A program made the translations under genes and the position numbers. Positions 9,601-18,285 of a stretch of 64,000 bases of DNA are shown here, piece after piece; the first letter of the stretch is position 1, and each line of letters starts with the position of its first letter. Location of the stretch: positions 26,067 through 90,066 of the IMG/VR virus record IMGVR_UViG_3300027751_001020; one strand, given 5' to 3'. This DNA is from a virus. The notes under the pieces were generated by a model, which saw nothing but the letters and a program-made list of their open reading frames with translations, was not told where the DNA came from and ran no database searches.

Positions 9601-12556
9601 ATCTGCTTTAACTTCTGCTTTCCAAGCAGCTGATTCAGCACTATCTTCTTCAACAGCTCAAGCATTAGCAGATGCAGTAGCAGCACAATCTTCTGCATAT
9701 ATCGCAGCTGATTCTGCTTTATCATCTTCAGCTCATTCTCAAAGAGTAGCAATTGAAACTTCTTTAGACGGAAAAATTGGAACTGAAAAAGGAAGAATCG
9801 ATGCTATCTTATCAGCTTCTACAGCAGATGCAGATACCTTCGCAGAGATTGTATCTTTAATTAACAGCGTAGATACTACTAATGATCAAGCATTTGCTAG
9901 CTATGTACTTTCTAACGATAGTAGATCAACAACTATTGAAGGAAGCGTATCAGCTTTATCTTCTTCAGCAGCAGTCGCTAATGATAACTTGAAATCAGAT
10001 GTAACTTCTGCTTACCAAGCAGCTGATTCTGTTCTACAAGGAAATATTTCATCTGAAGCTACAGCTAGAGCAGCAGCAGATACAACTTTACAAGGTAACA
10101 TTGATGCTGAGGCAGCTACAAGATCTGCAGCAGATACAACTTTACAAGGTAATATCGATGCTGAAGCAACAGCTAGAGCAGCAGCAGATACAGCATTAAC
10201 TTCTGCTTACCAAGCAGCAGATGCTTCAATCTCAGCTTCTTTTGCAAGTACTATTGCTAACTTAACTAATGACTATACTGAATTAATTAACATACCAGCA
10301 GGTATCGTTTCTGGATCAGAACAGCAATTAGCTAACTTAGTAGGTCAAGATGTAGTAGCAAATTCATTTGCTGGAGACGGTTCACAGTTAACCAACATTA
10401 CAATAGACCAAGCTGCAACAGTAGCTTCTACCTTCTCTAATGTTATATCTACAGTAGTAACTCATAACTTTAACAGTAAGAACGTTACCGTTACAGTATA
10501 CGACGACAGTGATAGAATGATTATCCCAGCGTCAATTACTTTATCAAGCGACAATCAAGTTACTGTTGAGTTTGGAGAAAACACTTCAGGTAGAGTAGTA
10601 GTAGGAAAAGGTGGTCACGTAGTATCTGGTTCAATTGAATTTAACAACGTACTAGGCTTAACAGCATTCAGCTCTTCAGTTGATGCAAGAATAGATGCAT
10701 TAGACGGTACATTCGCAACAGATGCAGATGTAGCAGCTCTATCTTCTTCAGCAGCAGCAGCCAATGCTTCATTAGAATCTAGCTTATCCGCAGATATCTC
10801 TGCAGAGGAAACTAGAGCTTTAGCAGCAGAAGGTGTACTTCAAGGTAATATCGATAGTGAAGCTTCTACAAGAGCTACTGCAGATACTACTTTACAGTCT
10901 AACATTGATTCTGAAGCAACAGCTAGAGCAGCAGCAGATACTGTACTTCAAGGAAATATTGATTCTGAAGCAACAGCTAGAGCAGCAGCTGATACAGCGT
11001 TATCTAGCTCATTAGCAGTTTCTATTGCAGCTGAGAAAGCTAGAATGGATGCAGTATTATTAGCAGCAGATGCTGATAAAGATTCATTTGCAGAAATTGT
11101 ATCATTAATAAACTCTGTAGATACAGCTAACGATCAAGCATTTGCTGGATATGTAACTTCTTCTAATGCTCGTCAAACAGCAATTGAATCAAGTGTAGCA
11201 GCTTTATCTGGATCTTCTGCCACAGCTTTAGCATCAGCTAAATCAACAATCGAGTCTGGATACGCAGCAGCTGACTTAGCATTAAGCTCTTCAGCACATA
11301 CTGCTAGAGAAGCTCTAAAAGCAGCACAATCTTCTGCATACATTGCAGCAGATTCAGCTTTAGAAACTAGTCTACAAGGAGAAATTTCTTCACTATCTGG
11401 ATCTTCTGCTACAGCTTTAGCATCAGCTAAATCAACAATCGAGTCTGGATACGCAGCAGCTGACTTAGCATTAAGCTCTTCAGTAGCAGCATCAATTGCA
11501 GCTGAGAAAGCTAGAATGGATGCAGTACTATTAGCAGCAGATGCTGATAAAGATTCATTTGCAGAAATTGTTAGTTTAATTAACAGTGTTGATACAGAAA
11601 ACGATGATGCATTAGCAGGATATGTACTTTCTAATAACACTAGATCTACAAATATTGAATCAAGCGTAACAGCTTTATCTGGATCTTCAGCAGCAGCTTT
11701 AGCCGGTGTGAAACTAGGAGTAGAAGGAGAAGTTTCTTCACTATCTGGATCTTCAGCAGCAGCTTTAGCATCAGCTAAATCAGAATTAGCATCAGATATT
11801 TCTGCAGAAGAAACTAGAGCTTTAGCAGCAGAAGGTGTACTACAAGGTAATATTGACAGCGAAGCTTCTACAAGAGTTACTGCAGATACTACTTTACAAT
11901 CTAACATTGATTCTGAAGAGGCAGCTAGAATTGCAGCAGATGTAGTTTTACAAGGTAATATTGATTCTGAAGAGGCAGCTAGAATTGCAGCAGATAACGC
12001 ATTAAGTTCTTCTATTGCAACTACAATCTCTAACTTAAGTTCTACAATCTCAATCTCTGGTTCAACTGGAGCAGCAGATGTAAACTTAGTGACAGATGAT
12101 TTATCAATTGTAGGTGTAGCTGGTCAAACAGAAACTACAGTATCAGGAACTACAGTATCAGTTGGATTTGTAACTAACCCAACAGTATCTGGTAACTTAA
12201 CAGTAACTGGAGACTTAACTGTAACAGGAAATACTTTTGAAGCTCAAGTAACTAACTTGAACGTTGAGGATAGATTTATCTTACTTAACTCAGGTAGTAA
12301 CTCAGGAGATGCAGGTATTATCTTTGGAGGATCAAACGGATCAGCAAACATTGGTTCAGGTATCTTCTTTGATAACCCAGCAGGAGTATTTGGATTTGCA
12401 CAAGGAATTGGCGCAGCAGACACATCAGCGACTCACCAATCTAAAATTGGTAACATCGAAGTATCTGCTTCAGCACCAGCAGCAGCTCCAACATTCCAAG
12501 GTTCGGGTACTATTCACGTAGATTCTTCAACAGGAGAATTATACATCTATAGTTAA
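6632..12556 (+). CDS. Giant (1974 aa) Ala/Ser-rich coiled-coil fibre protein
   Basis: 18-aa repeats (NIDSEASARAAADTTLQG), five DKDSFAEIVSLINSVDT modules, GSFTGDGSGLTGI and THN beta-module; C-terminal VEDRFILLNSGS domain. Confidence 0.8.
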   Translation: MPTWKKVVVSGSGVSQLANDANYLIDAQTGAILTGSFTGSFTGDGSGLTGIASTLAFSGDSGTDTLNLKTETLTIDGASGIATSVTDNKITIDAAGLSGSAHTQRKAIESSLSSDISAEETRALAAEGVLQGNIDSEASARSAADLTLQGNIDAEASSRAAADTTLQGNIDSEASAREAADLTLQGNINSEASTRATADTALQNSINSLSGSSAAALASKGTALQSSIDSEASARSAADTTLQSNIDAEASARTSADSVLQSNITSLSGSAHTANANLKSDLTSAYTAADSALSASAAAALAGVAAAQSSAYIAADTALSSSAHTQRLAIESSLDGKITTEKERVDAILLASDADKDSFAEIVSLINSVDTANDTAFAGFVTSSNARATAIEGSVTALSSSAAVANGNLSSDLTAAFQAADSTLQGNINTEASSRAAADTVLQGNIDSEASARSAADSALSSSAAQALADAVAAQSSAYIAADSALSSSAHVQREAIKSGLSSDISSEASARTSADLTLQGNIDSEAATRATADTTLQGNIDSEAATRLANDNILQGNIDAEATSRAAADSTLQSNINSLSGSSAAALASKGSALTSAFQAADSALSSSAAVANANLKSDLTSDFQAADSALSSSVASALAAAVAAQSTAYIAADNALSSSAHSQRLAIESSLDGKITTEKDRVDAILLASDADKDSFAEIVSLINSVDTANDQAFAGFVTSSNARATNIEASVVSLSGSAHTANANLKSDVTSAFQAADATLQSAINSLSGSSATALASKGSALTSAYQAADSALSSSAAQALADAVAAQSSAYIAADSALSSSAHTQRLAIESGLSSDISSEASTRAAADVALQGNIDSEAATRLANDNTLQSNIDAEASSRATADTTLQSNIDAEASARTSADSTLQSNIDSEASARAAADTVLQGNIDSEAATRLANDNTLQSNITSLSGSSATALASAKSTIESGYAAADTALSSSVASALASKGSALTSAFQAADSALSSSTAQALADAVAAQSSAYIAADSALSSSAHSQRVAIETSLDGKIGTEKGRIDAILSASTADADTFAEIVSLINSVDTTNDQAFASYVLSNDSRSTTIEGSVSALSSSAAVANDNLKSDVTSAYQAADSVLQGNISSEATARAAADTTLQGNIDAEAATRSAADTTLQGNIDAEATARAAADTALTSAYQAADASISASFASTIANLTNDYTELINIPAGIVSGSEQQLANLVGQDVVANSFAGDGSQLTNITIDQAATVASTFSNVISTVVTHNFNSKNVTVTVYDDSDRMIIPASITLSSDNQVTVEFGENTSGRVVVGKGGHVVSGSIEFNNVLGLTAFSSSVDARIDALDGTFATDADVAALSSSAAAANASLESSLSADISAEETRALAAEGVLQGNIDSEASTRATADTTLQSNIDSEATARAAADTVLQGNIDSEATARAAADTALSSSLAVSIAAEKARMDAVLLAADADKDSFAEIVSLINSVDTANDQAFAGYVTSSNARQTAIESSVAALSGSSATALASAKSTIESGYAAADLALSSSAHTAREALKAAQSSAYIAADSALETSLQGEISSLSGSSATALASAKSTIESGYAAADLALSSSVAASIAAEKARMDAVLLAADADKDSFAEIVSLINSVDTENDDALAGYVLSNNTRSTNIESSVTALSGSSAAALAGVKLGVEGEVSSLSGSSAAALASAKSELASDISAEETRALAAEGVLQGNIDSEASTRVTADTTLQSNIDSEEAARIAADVVLQGNIDSEEAARIAADNALSSSIATTISNLSSTISISGSTGAADVNLVTDDLSIVGVAGQTETTVSGTTVSVGFVTNPTVSGNLTVTGDLTVTGNTFEAQVTNLNVEDRFILLNSGSNSGDAGIIFGGSNGSANIGSGIFFDNPAGVFGFAQGIGAADTSATHQSKIGNIEVSASAPAAAPTFQGSGTIHVDSSTGELYIYS
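11222..11483 (+). repeat. 73-nt perfect direct repeat pair (11222-11294 and 11411-11483) inside the giant fibre gene
   Basis: Identical ACAGCTTTAGCATCAGC...TTAAGCTCTTCAG copies 189 nt apart. Confidence 0.85.
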
Positions 12557-12568
12557 TAAGTTAATACA

Positions 12569-12772
12569 ATGCTAAAAAGGTTTTTTAAAATGGGAATAAA
12601 TAGAACAGACAATACCCCAAATAAGATTGATAATCCGGCCTCCATTAATGAAAAGGAGGCTGGGTTCATCATCGCTAAAATGAGACAAGCAACTTACCAA
12701 GGTACAGAGTTTGAAACATTCTACCAAGTTATTTCAAAACTACAAAAAATAGTTGAAAATAAATCAAAATAA
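12569..12772 (+). CDS. Small hypothetical protein (possible fibre chaperone; start may be ATG 12590)
   Basis: Follows the fibre gene directly and precedes a terminator. Confidence 0.55.
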   Translation: MLKRFFKMGINRTDNTPNKIDNPASINEKEAGFIIAKMRQATYQGTEFETFYQVISKLQKIVENKSK

Positions 12773-12776
12773 AATT

Positions 12777-12796
12777 AGGCCTTCGGGCCTTTTTTT
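12777..12796 (+). terminator. Rho-independent terminator
   Basis: AGGCC-TTCG-GGCCT with a C(UUCG)G loop, followed by a T-run. Confidence 0.9.
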
Positions 12797-12821
12797 ATTA
12801 TCTTTTAATAAGAAGTCTAAC

Positions 12822-12828
12822 TATTTAT
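12822..12828 (+). promoter_or_regulatory. Putative late promoter TATTTAT
   Basis: Between the terminator and the structured leader. Confidence 0.5.
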
Positions 12829-12837
12829 TGTAAAGAT

Positions 12838-12888
12838 ATTATAGGCCCGAAAGGGGAGTGGACTTAGCAATAAGTAGCCAACCGTAAT
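12838..12888 (+). ncRNA. Candidate structured 5'-leader RNA (three-way junction, two GNRA tetraloops)
   Basis: CCC-GAAA-GGG; TGG-ACTTA-GCAA-TAAGT-AG-CCA; closing helix ATTAT(A)GG/CCGTAAT. Confidence 0.55.
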
Positions 12889-12896
12889 TTAAGTAT

Positions 12897-14051
12897 ATGC
12901 CAAACTGGAAAAAACTCATCGTAAGCGGTTCAGACGCTAATCTGAACTCGTTAACTGTAGAGACTTCGTTAAATGCCCAATCTATAACTGGGTCTTTAGA
13001 GTACTCTACACTTATCAATATACCTGCCGGACTAATCTCTGGCTCTTCTCAAGTAGATATTACTCAAACTGAAGGATTTACAACATTATCTTCCTCTCTT
13101 TACACATCTATAGATACTCAAAAAAGTAGAATAGATACAATCTTAGCAGCATCTGACGCAGATAAAGATTCATTTAAAGAAATTGTAGATCTAATCAACA
13201 GCGTAGATACAGAAAATGATACTGCATTCGGAACTTATGTAACGAATAACAACATAAGATCTACTCAAATAGAAAACAACCTTACAGACCTTTCCAGCTC
13301 AGTAAATACCCGAATAGATGATATCTCAACAGATTATAACGACTTAACAAATATACCTTCTGGTATAGTTTCGTCATCTACTCAAATAGCTAGTGATATA
13401 AGCGGATCTTTTGTTGCTGCTTCAAGTTCTATACATTTAGACATAAGTAACTTACAAGCTGAAACAATTAACTTAGATACAAGGTTAGATGTATTTGAAA
13501 ACTCTAAATTAATATCTTCTTCCGCACAAATTACTGGAGACTTAAACGTTTCTAATGTGACAGCTTCTTATTTTATAGGAGACGGTTCACAACTCACCAA
13601 CGTACAAACATCAGTAGTAGAGACATCTACAGTAGTAGATTCATTTAGTAATAAAACTACATTAACTGTACCTCATAATTTTAGTACAAAAAACGTAATT
13701 GTATCTGTATTCAATAGTACAGATGAAATGATTATACCTGCTTCTATAGTAACTATAGATTTGAATAATGTAAACATTACATTTAATTCTTCAACATCAG
13801 GAAGAGTTGTTATTGCTAAAGGCGGACATATAGTATCAGGCTCAGTGGAACTGTATACGTATAAGGAAACCCTAACAGGTTCATCTACATATAGTATAAA
13901 CCATAACTTGAATGAAGATTTTCCTATAGTTCAGATATATGGTACAGATAAAAAACAAGTTATACCAGCAGAAATAACTTCGAGTAATAGTAATCAAGTT
14001 CAAATTGAATTTAACACTGTTTTTAATGGAACAGTGGTTGTAAAAAAATAA
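12897..14051 (+). CDS. Fibre-related virion protein, paralogous to the 6632 gene
   Basis: MPNWKKLIVSGS matches MPTWKKVVVSGS; carries one DKDSF module and two THN/HNL beta-modules. Confidence 0.75.
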   Translation: MPNWKKLIVSGSDANLNSLTVETSLNAQSITGSLEYSTLINIPAGLISGSSQVDITQTEGFTTLSSSLYTSIDTQKSRIDTILAASDADKDSFKEIVDLINSVDTENDTAFGTYVTNNNIRSTQIENNLTDLSSSVNTRIDDISTDYNDLTNIPSGIVSSSTQIASDISGSFVAASSSIHLDISNLQAETINLDTRLDVFENSKLISSSAQITGDLNVSNVTASYFIGDGSQLTNVQTSVVETSTVVDSFSNKTTLTVPHNFSTKNVIVSVFNSTDEMIIPASIVTIDLNNVNITFNSSTSGRVVIAKGGHIVSGSVELYTYKETLTGSSTYSINHNLNEDFPIVQIYGTDKKQVIPAEITSSNSNQVQIEFNTVFNGTVVVKK

Positions 14052-14071
14052 AGGAAACCATAACATTAACA

Positions 14072-14078
14072 TATTTAT
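14072..14078 (+). promoter_or_regulatory. Putative late promoter TATTTAT(T)
   Basis: Same context (TATTTATTAATA) as at 6594. Confidence 0.5.
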
Positions 14079-14114
14079 TAATAACACAGAAACAGTAAAC
14101 AACCTATTTAAAAA

Positions 14115-16961
14115 ATGAGAATAGACAATCCAATTTCAGACAATGCCATTATCACCGGTTCCTTTACCGGATCCTTCAAAGGAGATGGTTCACAATTAAC
14201 CGGAATCGAGCACCCAAGCATACCTGCAGGAGTTGTTTCTGGTTCAGGACAAATTGTTTTAAGCGATACAGTAGGATATTCTGCTTTAGACGGAAGAGTA
14301 ACATCAGTAGAAGGAGATGTATCAGCTATCTTAGCAGCATCATCTGCAGATAAAGATTCTTTTGCAGAAATTGTAACCTTAATCAACTCAGTAGACACCG
14401 ATAACGATCAAGCATTCGCAGGATACGTTACTTCAAATGATGCTGCAGTATTAGCAAATACTACAAAATTAGCAGGTATTGAAGAAGGTGCAACAGGAGA
14501 CCAAACAGCAGAAGAAATCTTAACAGCTTTAAAAACTGTTGACGGCGCTGGATCTGGTTTAGATGCTGACTTATTAGACGGACAATCCTCATCTTACTAC
14601 GCCACAGCAGCAGCTGTAGCAGCAAACACTCAAGCATTAGCAGACCTAGACTTAACTTACGCTTCAGATGCAGATGTATCTACAGTGCAGTCTAACATTG
14701 ATTCAGAGGCTTCTACAAGAGCAGCAGCTGATACTTTACTACAAGCTAACATTGATGCAGAAGCAGCAACAAGAGCAGTAGCTGATTCAGCACTACAAGC
14801 AAATATTGACGCTGAAGAATCAGCTAGAATTGCAGCAGATACTCTTCTTCAAGCAAATATTGACGCTGAAGAGGTAGCTAGAATTGCAGCAGACGGAGTA
14901 TTAGACGGTAAAATAACAACCGAAAAAGGTAGAATCGATGCAATCTTATCAGCATCATCTGCAGACAAAGATTCTTTTGCAGAGATTGTATCTTTAATCA
15001 ATACTGTAGATACAGCTAACGATCAAGCATTCGCAGGATACGTAGTATCTAACAATGCAGCAGTAGCACAGAATTCTTCTGATATTTCTGACAATGCAGC
15101 AGCTATTGCATCAGAAGAAATAGCTAGAATATCAGATGTAGCTGCAATTAACTCTAAATTAGACGGAATTGAGTCTGGAGCAACAGCAGACCAAACACCA
15201 GCAGAGATTTTAGCGGCTATCAAAACAGTAGACGGAGTTGGATCAGGCTTAGATGCTGACTTATTAGACGGTCAATCTTCTGCATACTATGCAACAGCAA
15301 CAGCTGTAGCAGCTAACACTTCTAAATTATCTGGAATTGAAGCAGGTGCAACTGGAGACCAAACTGGTGCAGAAATTAAAGCTCTATATGAAGCAGAAGC
15401 AGATACTAATGCATTTACAGATGCAGCATCAGCTAAACTTGCAGGAATTGAAGCAGGTGCAACGGGAGACCAAACTGCAGCTGAAATTTTAACAGCTTTA
15501 AAAACAGTTGACGGTACAGGCTCAGGCTTAGACGCTGACTTATTAGATGGTCAATCTTCAGCATACTATGCAACAGCAGCATCAGTATCTTCTAATACAA
15601 CTGCTATTGCAGCTAACACTTCTAAATTATCTGGAATTGAAGCAGGTGCAACGGGAGACCAAACTGCAGCTGAAATCTTAACAGCTTTAAAAACTGTAGA
15701 CGGAGCTGGATCAGGCTTAGATGCTGATTTATTAGACGGACAGTCTTCTGCATACTATGCAACAGCAGCAGCAGTATCTTCTAATACAACTGCTATTGCT
15801 ACTAACGCATCAGGTATAGCAGCTAATGCTTCTGCAATTGCTACTATTAATGCAAAAGACCCTGTACTTACAGTAACAGGAGATGCTAGTGGTACAGCAA
15901 CATTTACAAATTTAGGTAACGCTTCAATGACGTTAACTATTGCAGATGATTCACACAACCATACTATTGCTAACGTAGACGGCTTACAAAGCGCACTTGA
16001 TGCTAAAGCAACACCAGCAGACGTTACTACAGCAGTTAATAACTTAATTAACGGCGCAGGAACAGCTTACGATACATTAAAAGAGTTAGGTGATGCAATT
16101 ACTGCTAACGATAGTGATATTTCAACTATCTTAACTACACAAGCAGGATTACAGTCTCAAATTAACGGTAAGCAAGCTGCAGGTACCTATAATACAATCA
16201 TCGGTACAGATACAGATGTTAATACTTCTGGTGCAACAATTATCGATAATATCTACATGACCGACGGTGTTATTACATCACACGGTACTAGAGTATTGAC
16301 ATTAGGAGATTTAGGATATACAGGAGCTACAAATGCAAACTATATTACAAATAACAACCAGTTAGCTAACGGTGCAGGGTATATTACATCATACACAGAT
16401 ACAAACACTACTTACTCAGCAGGTGCAGGATTAAGTTTAGTAGGTACGGTTTTTAGCCATACTGATACATCTGCTCAAGGATCTGTAAATAACTCAGGAC
16501 GTACTTACATCCAAGATATTACTTTAGATGGATTTGGACACGTAACAGGTATTGCTTCAGCAACAGAAACAGTAGTTAACACAGATACAAACACTACTTA
16601 TTCAGCCGGTAACGGATTATCTTTATCAGGTACTACATTCTTAATGAGCGGTACATATTCAGGTAACTTTACTGCTACAGGAGATATTACTGCATATTCT
16701 GATTCACGTCTTAAAAAAGATGTAAAAACTATCGAAGGAGCATTAGATAAAACTAAAGCACTTAGAGGTGTAGAATTTACACGTATATCTGACGATGCTA
16801 AATCAATTGGTGTTATTGCACAAGAATTAGAAGCAGTATTACCAGAATTAGTATTAACAGATGATGAAGGTATGAAGTCAGTAAACTATGCACAGATTAC
16901 AGGTTTACTTATCGAGGCAGTAAAAGAATTATCTGCTAAAGTAGACGAATTATCTAAATAA
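14115..16961 (+). CDS. Tail fibre with C-terminal intramolecular chaperone (Peptidase_S74-type)
   Basis: Four GSGLDADLLDGQSS and five KL.GIE.GAT.DQT repeats; YSDSRLKK...GVIAQELE..LPELV...VNYAQITGLLIEAVKEL. Confidence 0.88.
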   Translation: MRIDNPISDNAIITGSFTGSFKGDGSQLTGIEHPSIPAGVVSGSGQIVLSDTVGYSALDGRVTSVEGDVSAILAASSADKDSFAEIVTLINSVDTDNDQAFAGYVTSNDAAVLANTTKLAGIEEGATGDQTAEEILTALKTVDGAGSGLDADLLDGQSSSYYATAAAVAANTQALADLDLTYASDADVSTVQSNIDSEASTRAAADTLLQANIDAEAATRAVADSALQANIDAEESARIAADTLLQANIDAEEVARIAADGVLDGKITTEKGRIDAILSASSADKDSFAEIVSLINTVDTANDQAFAGYVVSNNAAVAQNSSDISDNAAAIASEEIARISDVAAINSKLDGIESGATADQTPAEILAAIKTVDGVGSGLDADLLDGQSSAYYATATAVAANTSKLSGIEAGATGDQTGAEIKALYEAEADTNAFTDAASAKLAGIEAGATGDQTAAEILTALKTVDGTGSGLDADLLDGQSSAYYATAASVSSNTTAIAANTSKLSGIEAGATGDQTAAEILTALKTVDGAGSGLDADLLDGQSSAYYATAAAVSSNTTAIATNASGIAANASAIATINAKDPVLTVTGDASGTATFTNLGNASMTLTIADDSHNHTIANVDGLQSALDAKATPADVTTAVNNLINGAGTAYDTLKELGDAITANDSDISTILTTQAGLQSQINGKQAAGTYNTIIGTDTDVNTSGATIIDNIYMTDGVITSHGTRVLTLGDLGYTGATNANYITNNNQLANGAGYITSYTDTNTTYSAGAGLSLVGTVFSHTDTSAQGSVNNSGRTYIQDITLDGFGHVTGIASATETVVNTDTNTTYSAGNGLSLSGTTFLMSGTYSGNFTATGDITAYSDSRLKKDVKTIEGALDKTKALRGVEFTRISDDAKSIGVIAQELEAVLPELVLTDDEGMKSVNYAQITGLLIEAVKELSAKVDELSK

Positions 16962-16970
16962 TAAAGAAAA

Positions 16971-17522
16971 ATGGGTTTTAAATTAAACGTTGATTTAGAG
17001 ACAAGTAACGGTCCTTCACATGAGGTGTACGTTAGAATAGAAAGTCTCATATTTAACAAGGTTACATCTAATGTAATGTTTCAATTAACATACTGGATTG
17101 ATCAAGAACATGCTAAATCTTTCAATAGAGAGTATTTAGATGAGGATATAAAAAACGCCGTAGGACTGATTCAGGAAAGAGTACTTTACTTTCCTGATCA
17201 GACCAGCGACGGAGAAGAAATCCTACTAAGTCACCACTATGAAGTACCGGTAGCAAAGGAAGAAGAAGTGGAGATACCGGAATTTGAAATAAAAACAGTA
17301 CACAAAGAAGTACCTTATACTAGCTTTGACGAAGAAGGGGAAGAAGTAACACTTTACCGAACAGTGTCTAGAGAAGAAAAGGTACAGATAGGAACTAGAA
17401 AAGAGATTAAAAAAGTAATAGATACCAAATTAATAAACAATATATTTGATTTCTGCTACCAAGTTACGAAAACTAAATTGATGGAATTTTTTCCAGAAGA
17501 CAAAATCGAAACAATAAAATAA
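16971..17522 (+). CDS. Hypothetical acidic protein, possibly a fibre assembly factor
   Basis: Coupled downstream of the S74 fibre gene. Confidence 0.6.
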   Translation: MGFKLNVDLETSNGPSHEVYVRIESLIFNKVTSNVMFQLTYWIDQEHAKSFNREYLDEDIKNAVGLIQERVLYFPDQTSDGEEILLSHHYEVPVAKEEEVEIPEFEIKTVHKEVPYTSFDEEGEEVTLYRTVSREEKVQIGTRKEIKKVIDTKLINNIFDFCYQVTKTKLMEFFPEDKIETIK

Positions 17523-17523
17523 A

Positions 17524-18228
17524 ATGGCAGTATATTCTTATAGTAATCCCGGTCCTATAGCTTTTAGCACGTTTGATACGTGGGCTAATAACGTTAGTAG
17601 TGATGTTAACTCAGGCATCGACAACGCACTGATAGACTGGTTTCCTACCCAATCTGCACCATATAGTACATCTATTCTTTCCGGAGCTAAGATCTTTTAC
17701 GGGAATGTAATAGCAGGTACAGGAGGCTCAGTAGGGTTATCAGCACCTTATAGTGTAGGATCCACACCTAGTTTTGGTGTTAAAAACTTGAACTTAAATA
17801 TTTATTCACTTACGCTAGTTGCTTCTACTACTTATCCGTATACTTTCCATTCATGGAGAACAGCAAATAACGGAGGTGGAACTCAATTAACTACAAGTTC
17901 AACGTACACACTGACTGGTACTACCGCTACAACGGTAACAGACTTTTATGCGTACTTTACTACTACACATAATAGCGCATCAGCACCTACATCATACAAT
18001 TACTACTTTGTAAGAGGATGTGCTGGAACACAGTTTGCAAATCAAGATAGAGTAGTTAAAACTACAAGCACATTTACCAACATAAATACCGCATCTGCAA
18101 CCTCAGTAACTATCTACGGAAGTAAGTTCTTCGCGTACAGTACCACTACTGAAGCTCAATATCTTGCAAATGCTGGAGATTTACCAAGCGTAGATGTAAC
18201 AGGATTCACTCTTTCAACAGGGTGCTAA
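17524..18228 (+). CDS. Thr/Ser-rich virion protein with an InlB B-repeat-like segment
   Basis: YPYTFHSWRTANNGGGTQLTTSSTYT resembles the G-Y-T-F-x-G-W beta-grasp repeat. Confidence 0.55.
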   Translation: MAVYSYSNPGPIAFSTFDTWANNVSSDVNSGIDNALIDWFPTQSAPYSTSILSGAKIFYGNVIAGTGGSVGLSAPYSVGSTPSFGVKNLNLNIYSLTLVASTTYPYTFHSWRTANNGGGTQLTTSSTYTLTGTTATTVTDFYAYFTTTHNSASAPTSYNYYFVRGCAGTQFANQDRVVKTTSTFTNINTASATSVTIYGSKFFAYSTTTEAQYLANAGDLPSVDVTGFTLSTGC

Positions 18229-18240
18229 GTAATTAATTAG

Positions 18241-18267
18241 TATGCAGGTACTTAATGTGCCTGCATA
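18241..18267. terminator. 11-bp hairpin at the boundary between the structural operon and the glycan island
   Basis: TATGCAGGTAC-TTAAT-GTGCCTGCATA (one G-U pair), AT-rich flanks. Confidence 0.6.
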
Positions 18268-18285
18268 TATTTAAATTAATAAGTT

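Noticed and set aside
10833-12521. Alternative plus-frame ORFs 10833-11015 and 12264-12521
   Set aside because: Nested out of frame in the giant fibre gene; Gln/Leu-rich shadow translations.
12838-12888. Leader RNA as a hammerhead or other known ribozyme
   Set aside because: Lacks the CUGAUGA/GAAA core arrangement; no HDV-like nested pseudoknot could be built by eye.
7021-15958. Many minus-strand ORFs inside the fibre genes (such as 7021-7422 and 11173-11907)
   Set aside because: Shadow frames caused by GCA/GCT/TCT-rich repetitive codons; no start signals, and they mirror the sense repeats.
6632-16961. Repeats as a CRISPR array or DGR template/variable repeats
   Set aside because: Repeats are in-frame coding units without unique spacers; no cas or reverse transcriptase gene; I saw no adenine-specific mismatch pattern.
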